64,000 nucleotides of DNA, from positions 124,001 through 188,000 of the forward strand of contig OZ037848.1 of assembly GCA_964035575.1 (NCBI GenBank), written 5' to 3'. The notes under the pieces were generated by a model. That model searched no databases. It worked only from the letters and a program-made list of their open reading frames with translations, and was not told the DNA's origin. Both the position numbers and the translations under genes were made by a program. Origin of the DNA: Rhynchopus sp. YZ270_cl-10 (Eukaryota). Positions 48,436-60,171 of this stretch are shown here, one piece after another. How positions within the stretch are numbered: position 1 is the first letter of the stretch; each line of letters opens with the position of its first letter.

Positions 48436-48752
48436 TTTTCCACCACCTTCCTTCAACCCTTGTAGGATCAGCTGTTACTTTTTTTCGCGAAAACATGAAA
48501 TTACACATTTCAAGAGAACAAATTAAAAAGGGTCCTTATTTGCATTTTTGGGATCTCGGAATTGGACAATTTTTTGACCACTTAAATTTTGAGAAATATG
48601 AGCCCGGTTCCTTATACGTGGGGCCCATTTTCGGCCAAAATTTTCCTCAAAATCTGATTTTGTAAAATCGACCCTTTACTCCCCCCCAATACTATACCTT
48701 ACTTCACCTTCGGTTACCCTTACAGGGGGGGGTGAAGGAAGGTTGTTGAAAA
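48436..48752. mobile_element. MITE-like element copy 2
   Basis: TTTTCCACCACCTTCCTTCAACCC...GGGTGAAGGAAGGTTGTTGAAAA; direct repeat of copy 1 with two internal deletions. Confidence 0.7.
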
Positions 48753-49879
48753 TCAGTTTTTGCGGAGGGACCAAATGTTGAGGGCCAAATCCTAGCGGAA
48801 GCCCTGATGGGTAAATCTTTTAAAAAGAAAGAAAAAACGCGCAAAAAAAAAAAAAAAAAAAAAAAACCTCTCGGGTCCGTCCTGTGAAACAAGGGGGCAT
48901 GCAAAACCACCCTTTCTTGTTGTGTCGACAGTCGCGCCCATACGAGGGTTCTACTACACTCCAACAATTCTTCAAAAAAGTTTGTAAAACAAACCTAAGC
49001 CGCGACGACAAAACCACCTTATCAAAAGGTTTTCATTTTGTGGGGCCTCAAGAGCACTCTGGGTCGCTTTTGTTTTGGCCAAAAACCTTCACTAAAAAAT
49101 AAAGTTCCAACAACCTCCTGCCGCTAACACTGGGGGTATCATATTGACCACCACAAGACACATTCATTCAAAACTTTTCTGTGAATAAGTTTTTTTTTTC
49201 CCTCGCGTTTTACGTCATTCTCACCAAAAATTCGGGCACACCCTCAGGATACGTTTTCATTTCCTCCCCTACAGCCTTTGCAGTTGTCTCCAAAACGAAA
49301 GTCTCCAAAAAAATGTTGACTTGAAATACAAAGCCCATGATGGTGTCCCAAAAGACCCCCTCCCCATCCCCCTCCCCTCACAGATAGAACAACGGAACGA
49401 TAAATACCAGAACTGATGTTGGGGATTGGCGACCGCATTCTGAGGAGCTATTTCTCCTTTTAAGCATACGTTTGTAGGCATAAAAAAAAAAAGACATCCT
49501 TTCTAACAGAGTCTATCCACCAAGGTCCCCTTTCCACACCCTTAAACCTCCAACAGGAGAGCAACGGCACAGTGCATGACACAGCGCCAGAAACCCACGA
49601 AAGAGACAAAAAAAAAAAAAAATGGGTCAAAAATAGAATTCGTTTACGTATATACTTCCCAGAACCAGACTGAAATGGGCTGATTCCCCCCACCCCCACC
49701 CCAATAGGCTAGCGAATCAACTCCACTAACCGCAGAACCCTAAGGAATGTAGAAGCATCCAAAAAGGGCTCACTATTTTTGTGCTGGCGCGGAACATCTG
49801 AAGAAAAGTTGGTAAAGATGAACATAGGATTTTCAATGCTTTACCGTACACTCAACCTCACCCCAGGTTCAGAACGTTT

Positions 49880-50932
49880 CTAATTTTGTGTTACAGTGGT
49901 GGATGTGGCCCCCTTGGTGTCTTCGGACTCAGCTTCATCCGATTTGATGATATCCTTTACTCCGTCTCTTAGTCTGTGGGGGGTTGTGAGAATGCCATAT
50001 TTTTGGGGGGAAAAAATGACATACCGGCGCTCCTTGAACATAAGATCCCAGTCGTAGACCCAGTCTGGTGGGTGGTGGTGGAGTTTCTCGTATTCGTCCA
50101 TGAACATTTTCCTGCAGAGGTTGTAGTCAGGTTCTTGTGTGAATCGTAGGGCACGGACGTACGAGATGAATTGCTCAAAGCATGGGGGCAGCCCAGCGCA
50201 CAGCACTGCAGGCTTCGTCGCGATTTTTTTCTCCATGATCTTGCGCTCCTTTTCTGCACGGTTGCCTGCTTGCGTGCCTTGCCAGGGTAGTTTCGACATT
50301 GCCATATACACCAATACCATCCCCAACCCCTCCATATCGTCACGTCTACTTTGTTCGATCCCCAAATGCGTGTTGACTGATGCATATCTGGTCGTGCCGA
50401 CTAAAGGCTTTCCTGCCGTATGAGGTATGTGGCGTCCGGTCTTAGGGTCGCAGTATCTCTTTGACAATCCATAGTCTATCATGAAGCAGTGGTGGGAACG
50501 TCCTTTTAGGCCCATGACGAAGTTTTCGGGTTTGAGGTCGCGGTGAATGAAGGATTTGGAGTGGAGGAATTCGAGACGGTGGATCATTTGGTCTGCAAGC
50601 ATGCATGTGGTGCTGACGCTGAGACGGCCTTGGCAGTAACCCAAGAGGTCGTCGATGCAAGGCCCGCACAGATCGATCACCATAACTTCGAATTCGCCTT
50701 CAGTCCCGCTGTAGAGCATATTAGGGATTCCGGGGCTTGGCGTTTTGTTCAATATTTTGTAAATGTTGGCCTCGTATTTTAGCATGGGGTTTTTGTTCAT
50801 GACTTTCTCTAATTTGATAGCAACGCTCGCGCGGGTGCGGGTGTCCAGGCCCTCATAGATGTCTCCAAAACTACCGCCGCCGATCTTCCTGATGATCTTA
50901 TACCGATTGTGTATCAGTAGTTCGCGTGCCAT
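49880..50932 (-). CDS. CK1: Casein kinase 1 family kinase, with an in-frame 51-nt intron at 49974-50024
   Basis: KIGGGSFGDIY, AIKLE, IHRDLKPENF, IDYGLSK, GTTRYASVN, EQSRRDD and LPWQG motifs; intron GTATGT...CCACAG. Confidence 0.95.
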   Translation of the reverse strand: MARELLIHNRYKIIRKIGGGSFGDIYEGLDTRTRASVAIKLEKVMNKNPMLKYEANIYKILNKTPSPGIPNMLYSGTEGEFEVMVIDLCGPCIDDLLGYCQGRLSVSTTCMLADQMIHRLEFLHSKSFIHRDLKPENFVMGLKGRSHHCFMIDYGLSKRYCDPKTGRHIPHTAGKPLVGTTRYASVNTHLGIEQSRRDDMEGLGMVLVYMAMSKLPWQGTQAGNRAEKERKIMEKKIATKPAVLCAGLPPCFEQFISYVRALRFTQEPDYNLCRKMFMDEYEKLHHHPPDWVYDWDLMFKERRYVIFSPQKYGILTTPHRLRDGVKDIIKSDEAESEDTKGATSTTVTQN

Positions 50933-51764
50933 GACGAACGACGTTGATTATGGAAGGTGGGCAATAATTAGAGGGAAATGTCGAGTCAAATAATGTGAAA
51001 GTAAAGATGAACCTAAGCCTTTGCGTTTCAAAGGAAAAGAAAAAGAGAAAAAAGTACAATGGGAAGTGCACCTTTTTTATTTGGGGGGGAGGAGGAGGAG
51101 GAGGGGAGGAAAGAGGGGTTTATTGTGCCTCTCACGAGGTCAGCATGTAAAAGAAAAAGAAAAAAAACAAAGAAAATAAGTGTGTGGTGTTGTGTACAGG
51201 GGGGAGGAGGAGGGGAGAGTGCTGTGAATGAATTTGGTAGAGGGGTGTGGGGGGGTGAAAAGATGAAAAGCGCGCACTCAAAAAAGAAGTTAAATGCCCA
51301 TCTGTCAGAGAAAAAAAACTGTGGGTGAAATTATTCACTGAAATAACACTAAAAAAAAAAATGTGGTTCTTTTTTCTGATATGGTTGGAATCGTGGAATC
51401 TGTCCAGAAACAAATACTATCTACAGAACAGAGAGTATCCCTGTGGTATTTTTTTTTTTTTCTTTCTTCTGTCACCTCCGGCTTCATCCCTTGAACAGAA
51501 GCGAGACCAAAGGATCGTTAAGGCCATGCTTTCGCACCGAGGATCGGTACTGAAGATCATGACCCCTTAGGGGAAGAAAGGGGCTTCGGACGACACAAAA
51601 CCTTTCACGGGGTTAGTGGCATTGATTTTTTTTTAAACATAATTTTGCGTCGCGACATCCCCTTCCTCACTCCCCCTCCGGTGGCCCTCCGTCTTTCGAT
51701 TCTCAGAGTTTGCGAAAATCCGAAATTCATCAGATTCTTAGGAGGAGAGGTGATCTCCGTTGCA

Positions 51765-53891
51765 CTAAGCATTGAACGGCCGTTTCAGCGCCGTCACATT
51801 GAGACACAGTTTGACTGATTCTTTTACGTTGTCTTTTGTTATCGTTGTTGTTCCGTCCACCTTGCTGTTTGCTAGGCGAGTACCGAATTGAATGGCTCGT
51901 TTGTGAAGGGAGGAGGCAAGCTTGAGGCCCAAGGTGTTTGCGGCACTGCGGATGAGGTGCTTGTCTCCTTCACCTTGCGGTGCGGAGAGGTCGGTCACTG
52001 ATGGGAGTGGGAGGGTGGAGAGCGTGCGAAGGACGGTTTCGTCGAGGAAAGGGAAGCGCGCTTCCCTTCCCAGATCGCTGATGATTCTGTCGTCTCTGCC
52101 GAGATTCCGCTTCCACAACCTTGCAAAGTCCTTTTGCATTTCCTCTGCCAAAGCGTCCAGCCCATCCTGCGCAAAGACATTTCTATACCGTGAATAGCCA
52201 CCCAACGTCTCGTCAGCTCCCATCCCTACCAGCAGCACCCTTGCAGAGCTTCGTACTAAAGCAATTTTTTCGGTTTCCACCCTTGCCTCAATTTCTTTCT
52301 CCTTTGCGGAAGCTCCAGGAAGACCAAGAAGGAGTGCATTGTTGTTCGCACCAGCCGCCTTCTTTGTTTCAATAAATCCATGTTTTTCTGCGAGCGCTGC
52401 ATATTCGCCTGCCCGTTTGCATCCAGCCGCTTTGTAAGGTAGTGCAGAAGATTTGGACAGATCTGATAATGATATAAAACACCGTCCTCCCACCAGCTCC
52501 GCCTTCAACACTGAAACTAAATAGGAAAAGGCGCTGTCGTGCTCTGGGGTCTCTCCTCGAGAACGCTTTGCGTGGAGAAGCGATGGTGGCCCCACCGCAC
52601 CCCCTTCCTTCGCTTCCCCTTGAGGAACCAATCTACCTACCCCTCTTGCGCCAAACCACAATGCCGAACCAATATTGACGTCCATCACCGTATCAGCAGG
52701 GGAGATGAGCGACGCGATATGCGGCGAATTAAAGAGAATTTCATGCGCGCTAATGTCAACTTCAATAAAATTCCAGACACGCCCTGGATGTGTCCTCATC
52801 AATTCACACCACCCCTGCCGTCCCGACACCCTATCCGGTGTTTGCTGCGTATAATCACCAAACGCAACATTAATCAAATCAATACTCTCCCCTTTAGGCA
52901 CATGAGCATCGCAAAGCCCGGCAAGCACCGCACAGTCGACCCCTCCACTGTACAGCACCCCAATCCTCGATCCAGTTTCCTCCATATCACCTCTCACCGT
53001 TGGTACTGCGGCAGCAAGCTTCACCCGTCGTTCTACCGCTGCATCTAAGGCTTTGTAATAACGTTCTTTCGGGGTTGCGCCAATTTCTGCTATAACCTTA
53101 GCCATTCTTCTTGCGTCGTATAGTGGTTGGCTGCCCCATTCAATCATGGTGATTGCAAAATTTTCGTCAAAACGATCAAATCGATAGAACCCTCCAGTAG
53201 GTACTTCTCTGAACGTAGCGCCCATCCAGGGTCCATTCGAGACAAATGGTGCAACACTGCTGAGCGCAAAGTGGTTTTGGTGGTAGCTATACAGCAACGA
53301 TCTGCGGCCCAGCTGGTCACGCCCGAAATAGGTGCTGTGCCCTACGGAGAGAACAAATGCGTAGGGGCCTTCAATCTTTTGCAGAACACTGTGCACCGCT
53401 GCGTCATACGTTTCTGGTGTCACACCCTCCGCGGAAAGCGCAGCAGAGAACATCGCAAGCAGCATCGTTGTGTCGTTTTCATCCCCCAAGGCGCGCCCCT
53501 CGACACCAAACACCTCTCCGTTCCACGCAAGGGAGAGGGTCACCGCAGAACCCCCTGCATTGCACGACCCCTCAACAGGCTGTGACGTACAGGACGCACC
53601 ACGCATATGGAGCACAGAGGAACAGAGGACAGCGGATGTGAGGCAGGGGTTGTGTGGGGGGTGGGCGTCGTCGGCAGGAGAACACATCAACTGCACGGCC
53701 CCTTCGCTGTCCGGGCCACGCGAACGAATTGCGTCACGCAAACACACCACCGCAGGGTGCTGAGGGGTAACTAAGGTGGTTGCTTGTCTTGTGGTGGCTG
53801 TACACATCTCATGATGTCCCTCCTGCATGCACACTGGAAATGTGACACGTGGTGTGCCCCGAAGCGCTGCAACGAGGCATATTCCGCACAT
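51765..53891 (-). CDS. ASNSD1: Asparagine synthetase domain-containing protein 1-like
   Basis: MCGI start, RGPD, WNGE, RDQLGRRSL, LYSGGVDC, GMGADE..GGY, RNLGRDDR and KRAIQFG motifs. Confidence 0.9.
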   Translation of the reverse strand: MCGICLVAALRGTPRVTFPVCMQEGHHEMCTATTRQATTLVTPQHPAVVCLRDAIRSRGPDSEGAVQLMCSPADDAHPPHNPCLTSAVLCSSVLHMRGASCTSQPVEGSCNAGGSAVTLSLAWNGEVFGVEGRALGDENDTTMLLAMFSAALSAEGVTPETYDAAVHSVLQKIEGPYAFVLSVGHSTYFGRDQLGRRSLLYSYHQNHFALSSVAPFVSNGPWMGATFREVPTGGFYRFDRFDENFAITMIEWGSQPLYDARRMAKVIAEIGATPKERYYKALDAAVERRVKLAAAVPTVRGDMEETGSRIGVLYSGGVDCAVLAGLCDAHVPKGESIDLINVAFGDYTQQTPDRVSGRQGWCELMRTHPGRVWNFIEVDISAHEILFNSPHIASLISPADTVMDVNIGSALWFGARGVGRLVPQGEAKEGGAVGPPSLLHAKRSRGETPEHDSAFSYLVSVLKAELVGGRCFISLSDLSKSSALPYKAAGCKRAGEYAALAEKHGFIETKKAAGANNNALLLGLPGASAKEKEIEARVETEKIALVRSSARVLLVGMGADETLGGYSRYRNVFAQDGLDALAEEMQKDFARLWKRNLGRDDRIISDLGREARFPFLDETVLRTLSTLPLPSVTDLSAPQGEGDKHLIRSAANTLGLKLASSLHKRAIQFGTRLANSKVDGTTTITKDNVKESVKLCLNVTALKRPFNA

Positions 53892-54244
53892 TCTGCAAAA
53901 TTAAAAAGAGGGTAAAAAAATGAAGCGGTGAAAAAGGGTTCTGAGGGGGGGAAGTGTTTGGTTCCCCTAGGGTGTGGTGGTGTGTAGGAGGGGGGGAAGA
54001 AAAGAGATTTTGGACAAAACAAATGCCGTCGTTTTTTAATAGGTGGTTTTAATCCCACGGAGTTACCTTCTATGTTGCCTTAAGAAATTCTGTGTTTCCT
54101 TCCCCCGAAAACCCTATGTTAAGTTAGATTTTTTACAGACGAAATCTCCAAACACTCTCTATTTTTCATCAAAATTCGAAATTTTCATGCAGAACGGGGA
54201 TGAGCTCTACTATACTAAACGCTTTTGTTTTAACCCCCCCTATC

Positions 54245-55009
54245 TTATGACACCACAAGCGCACCGATTAAGAAAAGCAGTGTCCCGCACATTGATGAGA
54301 GGAACATCATGAAGTAGGGCATGTTACCTGCTCCTATGGTGGTTCCTGTCCATGGGCAGAAGTGGTCATGCCCACGCACGAAGACCTCACATTCGACACA
54401 CCATGTACAACCGGCAGGACGGTAGGATTGTGATGCGTCGTGTGGTGGCCAGGTTTCGCAGTCGGGTGGCCGTGTTGGGAAGCGCTGTGAAATGCCCGGG
54501 TTGGAATATGCTGTGAGCCAGAAGAGGACCAAGGTCGCCGCCACACCTATTGCACCCAGCACCGTGACCCACCCTGCTGCGTGCCGCGACGCATTGTGCA
54601 GCAGCAGCCCCCCTATACCCGCTATGATCGCGCTTGTCACAAACGGCATCGGCCAGCACGGCCCCGCCACACACTGTCCACGACAACAATGCCTCATCCG
54701 CCCCACCCTCCCCCCAACAGGAAGCATCCCCACAGAAGATGACAACGATCCCCCTTTCCCCCGAGGATACACCAGGGTCCCCCCAGTCACCCCAGGAGGG
54801 GTGAAATGCAGTGGAAGGTGTCGCAGCCGTCTGACGTCCTTTTCGTGCAGGAGATCCACCTCGTTCCCTTGTTCGAGGAGCTCTTCGTCGACTTCGGGTG
54901 GATCTTCAGGATCATTAGGAGGTTGAACCTCAGAAGGGGGTGCCGGGGGTGCCATCTCGATGTCTTCATTGTGTGTTTCATCCGGGTCGTTGGGGCCTTC
55001 TTCCAGCAT
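54245..55009 (-). CDS. DHHC-type palmitoyltransferase-like protein (DHFC variant, short)
   Basis: Two TM helices, SNPG, then C..C...V..HDHFCPWTGTTIG..N..YF, then a third TM helix; likely ATG at 55009. Confidence 0.8.
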   Translation of the reverse strand: MLEEGPNDPDETHNEDIEMAPPAPPSEVQPPNDPEDPPEVDEELLEQGNEVDLLHEKDVRRLRHLPLHFTPPGVTGGTLVYPRGKGGSLSSSVGMLPVGGRVGRMRHCCRGQCVAGPCWPMPFVTSAIIAGIGGLLLHNASRHAAGWVTVLGAIGVAATLVLFWLTAYSNPGISQRFPTRPPDCETWPPHDASQSYRPAGCTWCVECEVFVRGHDHFCPWTGTTIGAGNMPYFMMFLSSMCGTLLFLIGALVVS

Positions 55010-55330
55010 GGTTGTGTTTGTTTGGGGTGCTTTGTTCTCAGGGAGGGGGGGAAATTGCGGATTGGGGGGGATGTGTATACTGTGTGGAGAAAATGAGGGG
55101 AAAGGTTTGATTATCTTCAGCAGGATAGAACAAAAATGGTAGCCCTCTTTTTTGCTCTCGGTTGTAGACTTAGAACAACACAATGCAACACACGTTTTTT
55201 TTTTTCTTCAAAATATAAGCCAAGTTTTCTTTAAAAAATGCAGACAATGTATCAAGCAACATAACAGACAAGCTGGAAAGAGATGAGCCTCAGCCTCTCT
55301 GTGTCTACCTCAAAGAAAAGCTCATAAGTA

Positions 55331-55357
55331 AGATGAATGCCTCACATGCACACATCC
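55331..55357 (-). promoter_or_regulatory. Intergenic GNRA hairpin motif copy
   Basis: Minus: GGATG-TG-TGC-A-T-GTGA-G-GCA-TT-CATCT; a degenerate copy lies at 55281-55310. Confidence 0.65.
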
Positions 55358-55588
55358 TTTCAAAGTGAACGCTCAAAAGCGCTTCCCCCCCCCTTCCCCA
55401 AGGCCCCTTGGTACCGACGTTGCGAAGCTTTATGTCTGTGTGGGAAAAAAGGGAAAATTAATACGCATCCACTTGCCGTTTGGATAAAGAACAACAAAGA
55501 CGAAAGGGGGTTTGAGGGGGAAGAGTTTAATTCTTGAACGCATCACACTCAGTCTCACAACTCAGGGGGAAAAAAAGTTGGCAAAATA

Positions 55589-57827
55589 TTAGATTGAAAT
55601 TGTTGGGTAGTTTGGTGTATTGCTTCCTGGTATGAATACATCTTCACGACATTTGTCGCATTCACGCAATAATCCATGCAAAAAGTTAGATTCACATACT
55701 TTCAGTTCCCAGAATTGAAAGTATTTGAGGGTCAACAAAAAGTTGAAAAAAAAATGTTTTTTCGTGCATACCATCAGCTCATCTCCATCAGACCCCCCCA
55801 AGTCAGATGTCGGTAACAGTGCTTCGCCGTCCTTGAAGCTGGACGGTGTCATCGGCATGCCCTGAGAAGTGAAGTTGAAAGAAAAATCGGCAAAAAAATG
55901 ACGTACCATTCCCCCTGTTGCCAATGACTTTGCCACTTTATACTGCAGCAGACTGTGCGGGCCGATGCCGATGCCTGAGTTGTTGAACACTGCGTGGATG
56001 TTCATGTTCCCCCTAGACAGCACTGCGGGTGCAGAGCACACCCCCATGAAGTCTGCCTCGAAGGAATCTTGGTCGGTCTCCTGCCCGTCAAAGACTCTGT
56101 CGGTTGGTGTTGCGCCTCTGCTTCCATTTCCTATGATTCCAGTGATGTGGCTTATGCCACCTGGAATCGACTCTGCCAACAGGCGAATCGCCTCAAGCTT
56201 CTCAGTAGGGTTCGACACATCAGAGAGGTATTGATGCCCGCTGTTGCTCTGGTTCCCAGATGCACCCACAACACCGCAGCCCACGTCTGTGTTGCGTTCG
56301 ATCGCTGCAACCTCGGGAGGTGCGTCGTCACCAGAGTCCTCTTCCCCACAGACAACTCTGCACGTCGCAGCCATCCCCCCATTGTGAATGAGGTTTTCCA
56401 TATTGCGAAGTGCCTGCTGCTGCTTTTCCGGCGTTATGTCATTCAATGTGTACCATTCCTCAGCAATCGGACGGTGCAGATGTGTCAAAATCTTTGAGAA
56501 TTCATCCCCAGAGTCGAGCTGTTCTTCACTAAGATATGTCAGCGCGCGCACCTTCGGGAGAAGCACCGCAAGCTGCTCTGAGGCGACCCTCCTCAACAGA
56601 TCCCGCCACGCACTGAAATCCTCGAGCTCATCCAATGTCATATCTGACACCTTTTTCGAGAATGCGTCGACCAACGAACCATACTTCTCTATCAAAGCGA
56701 CGTGCCGATTGACCACTTCACTCGGCACCAACAGAGTTGACCCAGGAAGCAGTGCATACGAAATCGACTCCACCTTGGAATACAACAAATCCAAAGCAAG
56801 CTGCGCACTTTCATCAAACCACACCGGAAGCCCCTGCATCTTCTCCTTCACCACCGTCGCCTGCGCCGTATTCGCAAATTGAACCAACGCCTGCACCCGA
56901 TTCTTCGCCGACTTTTTAGGAAGCACAATAACAGCTTCCACTGCACCATACGGAGCAAAGAGCTGATAGATGAGCCGGGCAGACACATAAATGCATTCGG
57001 TGATGCGGTGCGAGGAGTCGAAGAGGGATGCGAGCAGGGTTTTGGTGGCTTCGGGGGCCACCCACTTCTGGTGTTTGCAGAAGCCTACTGTGGCGGGGTG
57101 TGTGCCGATGTCGATGAGCGCGTTGTGGTGTGTGGTATAGTGTTCCACCATGCGCACCGCGTCTTCCAGGCGCGTGAACTCAATCAATGCGTGGTTCTTC
57201 GAGCGCAGCATGATAACCCGCTCGACCGTGCCAAAGCGTGCCCCCAGGTCCTGCAGAAGCCCAAGCGTAGCCTCCCACGACACCCGCCGCAGCAGCACAA
57301 TGCGTGACGCAGGGTACTGCGGGATCGACGCCTGCTCGGCACGCCGCTTTGCCCCCTCCTCCCGCAGGCTTGCTGCAGAGGCACCACCCCTCTCAAGGGA
57401 GGGTGCGCTGCCGTGGCTGTCGCCAGAAGAGGTGCGGTGCACGGCTTGGGGGTGTGGGTGTGGGGCGAGCTGCTGGGGTAGGCTTTGGTGTTGGTTTTGG
57501 TGTTGTGGTTGGTTCTGGTGGTTTGGGTGTTGTTTTGGTTTCTGCGGCTGCTGTGGGTGTTGCTGCCTGTACCCCATCCGGGAGTGAGCCTGCGCCTCAG
57601 GAAGCAGTGCAGGCAGCGTGGCGGGTGGAAGAGGCAGTGGCTGTGGCACTGCTGCGACCGGCACCATGTTGGGTGCACCCTTGCGGGCGTTGTGTCTGGT
57701 GTTTGTGTCGCGGTGCTGCTGGTGTTGGTGCTGGTGCTGGTGTGGGTGTGGGTGTTGTGTGTGCGATGTGTAGTGCTGCTGCTGCTGGTGGTACTGTTGA
57801 TGCTGCTGCTGGTGTTGGTGGTAATGG

Positions 57828-57858
<31 letters not shown>

Positions 57859-58090
57859 GCTGCTGCTGCTGATGCTGCTGCTGCTGTCTATAAGGATACT
57901 GCACCGCCGGATGTGTCGGCGCAGTTGTGTACTGTGCCTGCTGCACCTCTACAGGCACCACCGTGCCTGCATCCCCCTTCTGCCCCTTGTGGCCACCCTT
58001 CCCATAGCCTTTTCTCCCCTCCTTAAACCCCTTCGGTGCTGCGCCCTTCCGCTGGTGCGACCCACCCTTTGTGTCAAAGCCGTCCCCCAT
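55589..58090 (-). CDS. PTB/hnRNP-L-like RRM protein with Q/H-rich N-terminus; 3' exon structure uncertain
   Basis: Two PTB-type RRMs (SRIVLLRRV...KNHALIEF; LFAPYGAV...VQALVQF). Likely in-frame intron 55862-55906 and another donor (GTATGC) at 55771 whose acceptor is not resolved. Confidence 0.8.
57776..57886 (-). repeat. CAG/CAA trinucleotide runs encoding poly-Q
   Basis: (TGC)n/(TGT)n on the + strand inside the RRM gene. Confidence 0.9.
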
Positions 58091-58741
58091 TTTGTTTTGT
58101 TATATCACACCATAGCGTCTGGCCTGTGGGTTGTGAAAAAATCTTAGCATACACTCTCTGTTGATTCGCTAAAACGGGGGAGGGTAAAAAATTGCGAAAG
58201 GTAAATTGGAGAGGTTGAAAAGAACGCTTCCTCACCCCTCAGATCACACCATGCCCTCCAAGGAACCCCTCTAAGATAGCAGTGTTCATACACACCAATA
58301 AGGGGCACCTGTATTGGTAGTGAAGCTGCACCGTGCCTATGCCGCTTGGATGCGGCACTGTTCCTCTTCTATTCTACTAACAAGCGGTCCCAAGTGGCAG
58401 CTGTTAATTGTGATGAGGAAAATATAGGTTAGAGGTAGTGGGGGGTTTGACATTGATATTGTGAAGTATGTTTTTTGAAGAACGGAGGCTTTTGTCTTCT
58501 AACGTTGCGACAGTCGCGTGGGAGAAAGTCTCCGCACATCTCATTGTTTTGTGGAAACAAAAGTTGAGTTGTAAAAATTGCGTTTTGGCGTCGAAAGTAT
58601 GTTAGGCGTAAATAACGGTCATTTTCAGGAATCCCAGAAATGCCCCCATACCCACCCACCCCCTGGTTTTCAACAATGTCGGGAGTGTCTGTGGGCACAC
58701 AACACATCCACGCACACATCGGACTCTGTCCTAAGCTGCCT

Positions 58742-59980
58742 TTAGGTTGCGGAATGTTCACGCTTTCCGCTCCCTTTTCGCAAACTTTGCATCTCAAACT
58801 TCAACACGACCTGTGAGGATGGGAACACATTCTTTCCCCCCATTGGCACGACCGTGCCGTGCGAGCGCCATGGCCCTGAGGCTGCGACAGACGCGCTGCT
58901 TGGGCGCCGCAGCACACTTCCTACACCTCCACCTCCACCCTCCAGCACACCTTCCACATCCCTCCTCCGCAGCGCGCGCTTCTTGTACCCCTTTATCTTT
59001 TCCAACCGTGCACCGCCGCCTTCATCGGCTGCACGCAGCTCATCAACACCCTCCCCACCCACCCGCACATTCTGCATCATATCCACAAACTGCTTCGCAC
59101 TCCACTCCCCTCTGTAGTACGACGTGGGCGCAGTAGCATGCTCCGCACGCGACAGAGGCTCCACGGCATGGCTGTGTGTCAAATCCATTGACAGCGTGCG
59201 GCGTATCTTGGGAGCGGGGGCAGGCGGTGGCACCCGTAATTCCTCTTGGCTGTTTCTGGGCGGAATCATTTGGCTACCCCGCACCTCGGTGTTCAGGCTG
59301 GATTGCCCTGTATTCCGTACTTCATTGCTTTTCGCTGATGGATTCACCCTCGTCGCTTCCTCCAGAGGTGCAGGTAGGCGCGATGTTTTATCAGCAGCAG
59401 TAGGGGAAGTGTGCGGTGCAGTGTGCGTCTCCTCAAGCAACCCATGCTGCAGGGCAGAGGATATGATTGCAATGTCCTTCTTGATACGCAGTGTCATGGC
59501 TTGCACCGCATCTTTCAACCCAATTTTGCTGATTTTGAACTGTTTTATTGTCTCCGAGACCAACGAAGTGATGCAGCCCAATGAAGAACGGTGCACAGCC
59601 TCTAGGTTCGCATCGCGGGCACGCATCCGATACTGGAGAAGCTCTTCTGTTCGAAGGTGGTACTGCTGTTGGAGCAGTGCGTGCTCCTTCTCGAGAGCAT
59701 GCAGGCGGGTGGAAACAGCGGTGTTTGCCTCCTCCAGTTCGCGTATGAGGGAAGCGTTCGCGGCGGACATAAGCTGTGCCGCATCGACCCCTACCTGGGA
59801 CGCAGGCTGCGACAGCAGAGAAGCAGCGTGCAACGGTGACGGCACCTCACCTTCGCACTGCACGTAGCCTTCGTACGCACCGTACGAAGAGGCGGCAAGA
59901 GACGAGTGCGTTGTGGTGGCACTGCGCTTGCGAACTGTAGTGAGTCTGCGGTGTGCAGGGTGGTCATGGTGTTCTCGCAT
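58742..59980 (-). CDS. Hypothetical coiled-coil protein
   Basis: 412-aa ORF, co-directional with neighbours; heptad segment LIRELEEAN...LLQYRMR. Confidence 0.65.
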   Translation of the reverse strand: MREHHDHPAHRRLTTVRKRSATTTHSSLAASSYGAYEGYVQCEGEVPSPLHAASLLSQPASQVGVDAAQLMSAANASLIRELEEANTAVSTRLHALEKEHALLQQQYHLRTEELLQYRMRARDANLEAVHRSSLGCITSLVSETIKQFKISKIGLKDAVQAMTLRIKKDIAIISSALQHGLLEETHTAPHTSPTAADKTSRLPAPLEEATRVNPSAKSNEVRNTGQSSLNTEVRGSQMIPPRNSQEELRVPPPAPAPKIRRTLSMDLTHSHAVEPLSRAEHATAPTSYYRGEWSAKQFVDMMQNVRVGGEGVDELRAADEGGGARLEKIKGYKKRALRRRDVEGVLEGGGGGVGSVLRRPSSASVAASGPWRSHGTVVPMGGKNVFPSSQVVLKFEMQSLRKGSGKREHSAT

Positions 59981-60171
59981 TTGTTATGAGAAGGGAGGAG
60001 ACAGAGAGATAGAGATATGTGAATGGAGTAACGATTGGAGCAAAAATTGTGGGGGTGAAAATGGAGGAGGAGGGTTGTGGGATGTTATATCTGTGAGATG
60101 TTGGTAACATTTGGGGTGTGTGTGTGTGTAAGGGGGGAGCAAAAAATTCACAGAAAACGCAAGAAAAAAAA

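Noticed and set aside
51660..51745. Another CTGATGA...GAAA pair on the minus strand as a hammerhead
   Set aside because: The stem II closing pair is out of register and stem III does not form.
1164..59867. Numerous plus-strand ORFs overlapping the genes
   Set aside because: Antisense shadows of GC-rich minus-strand CDS, with no protein motifs.
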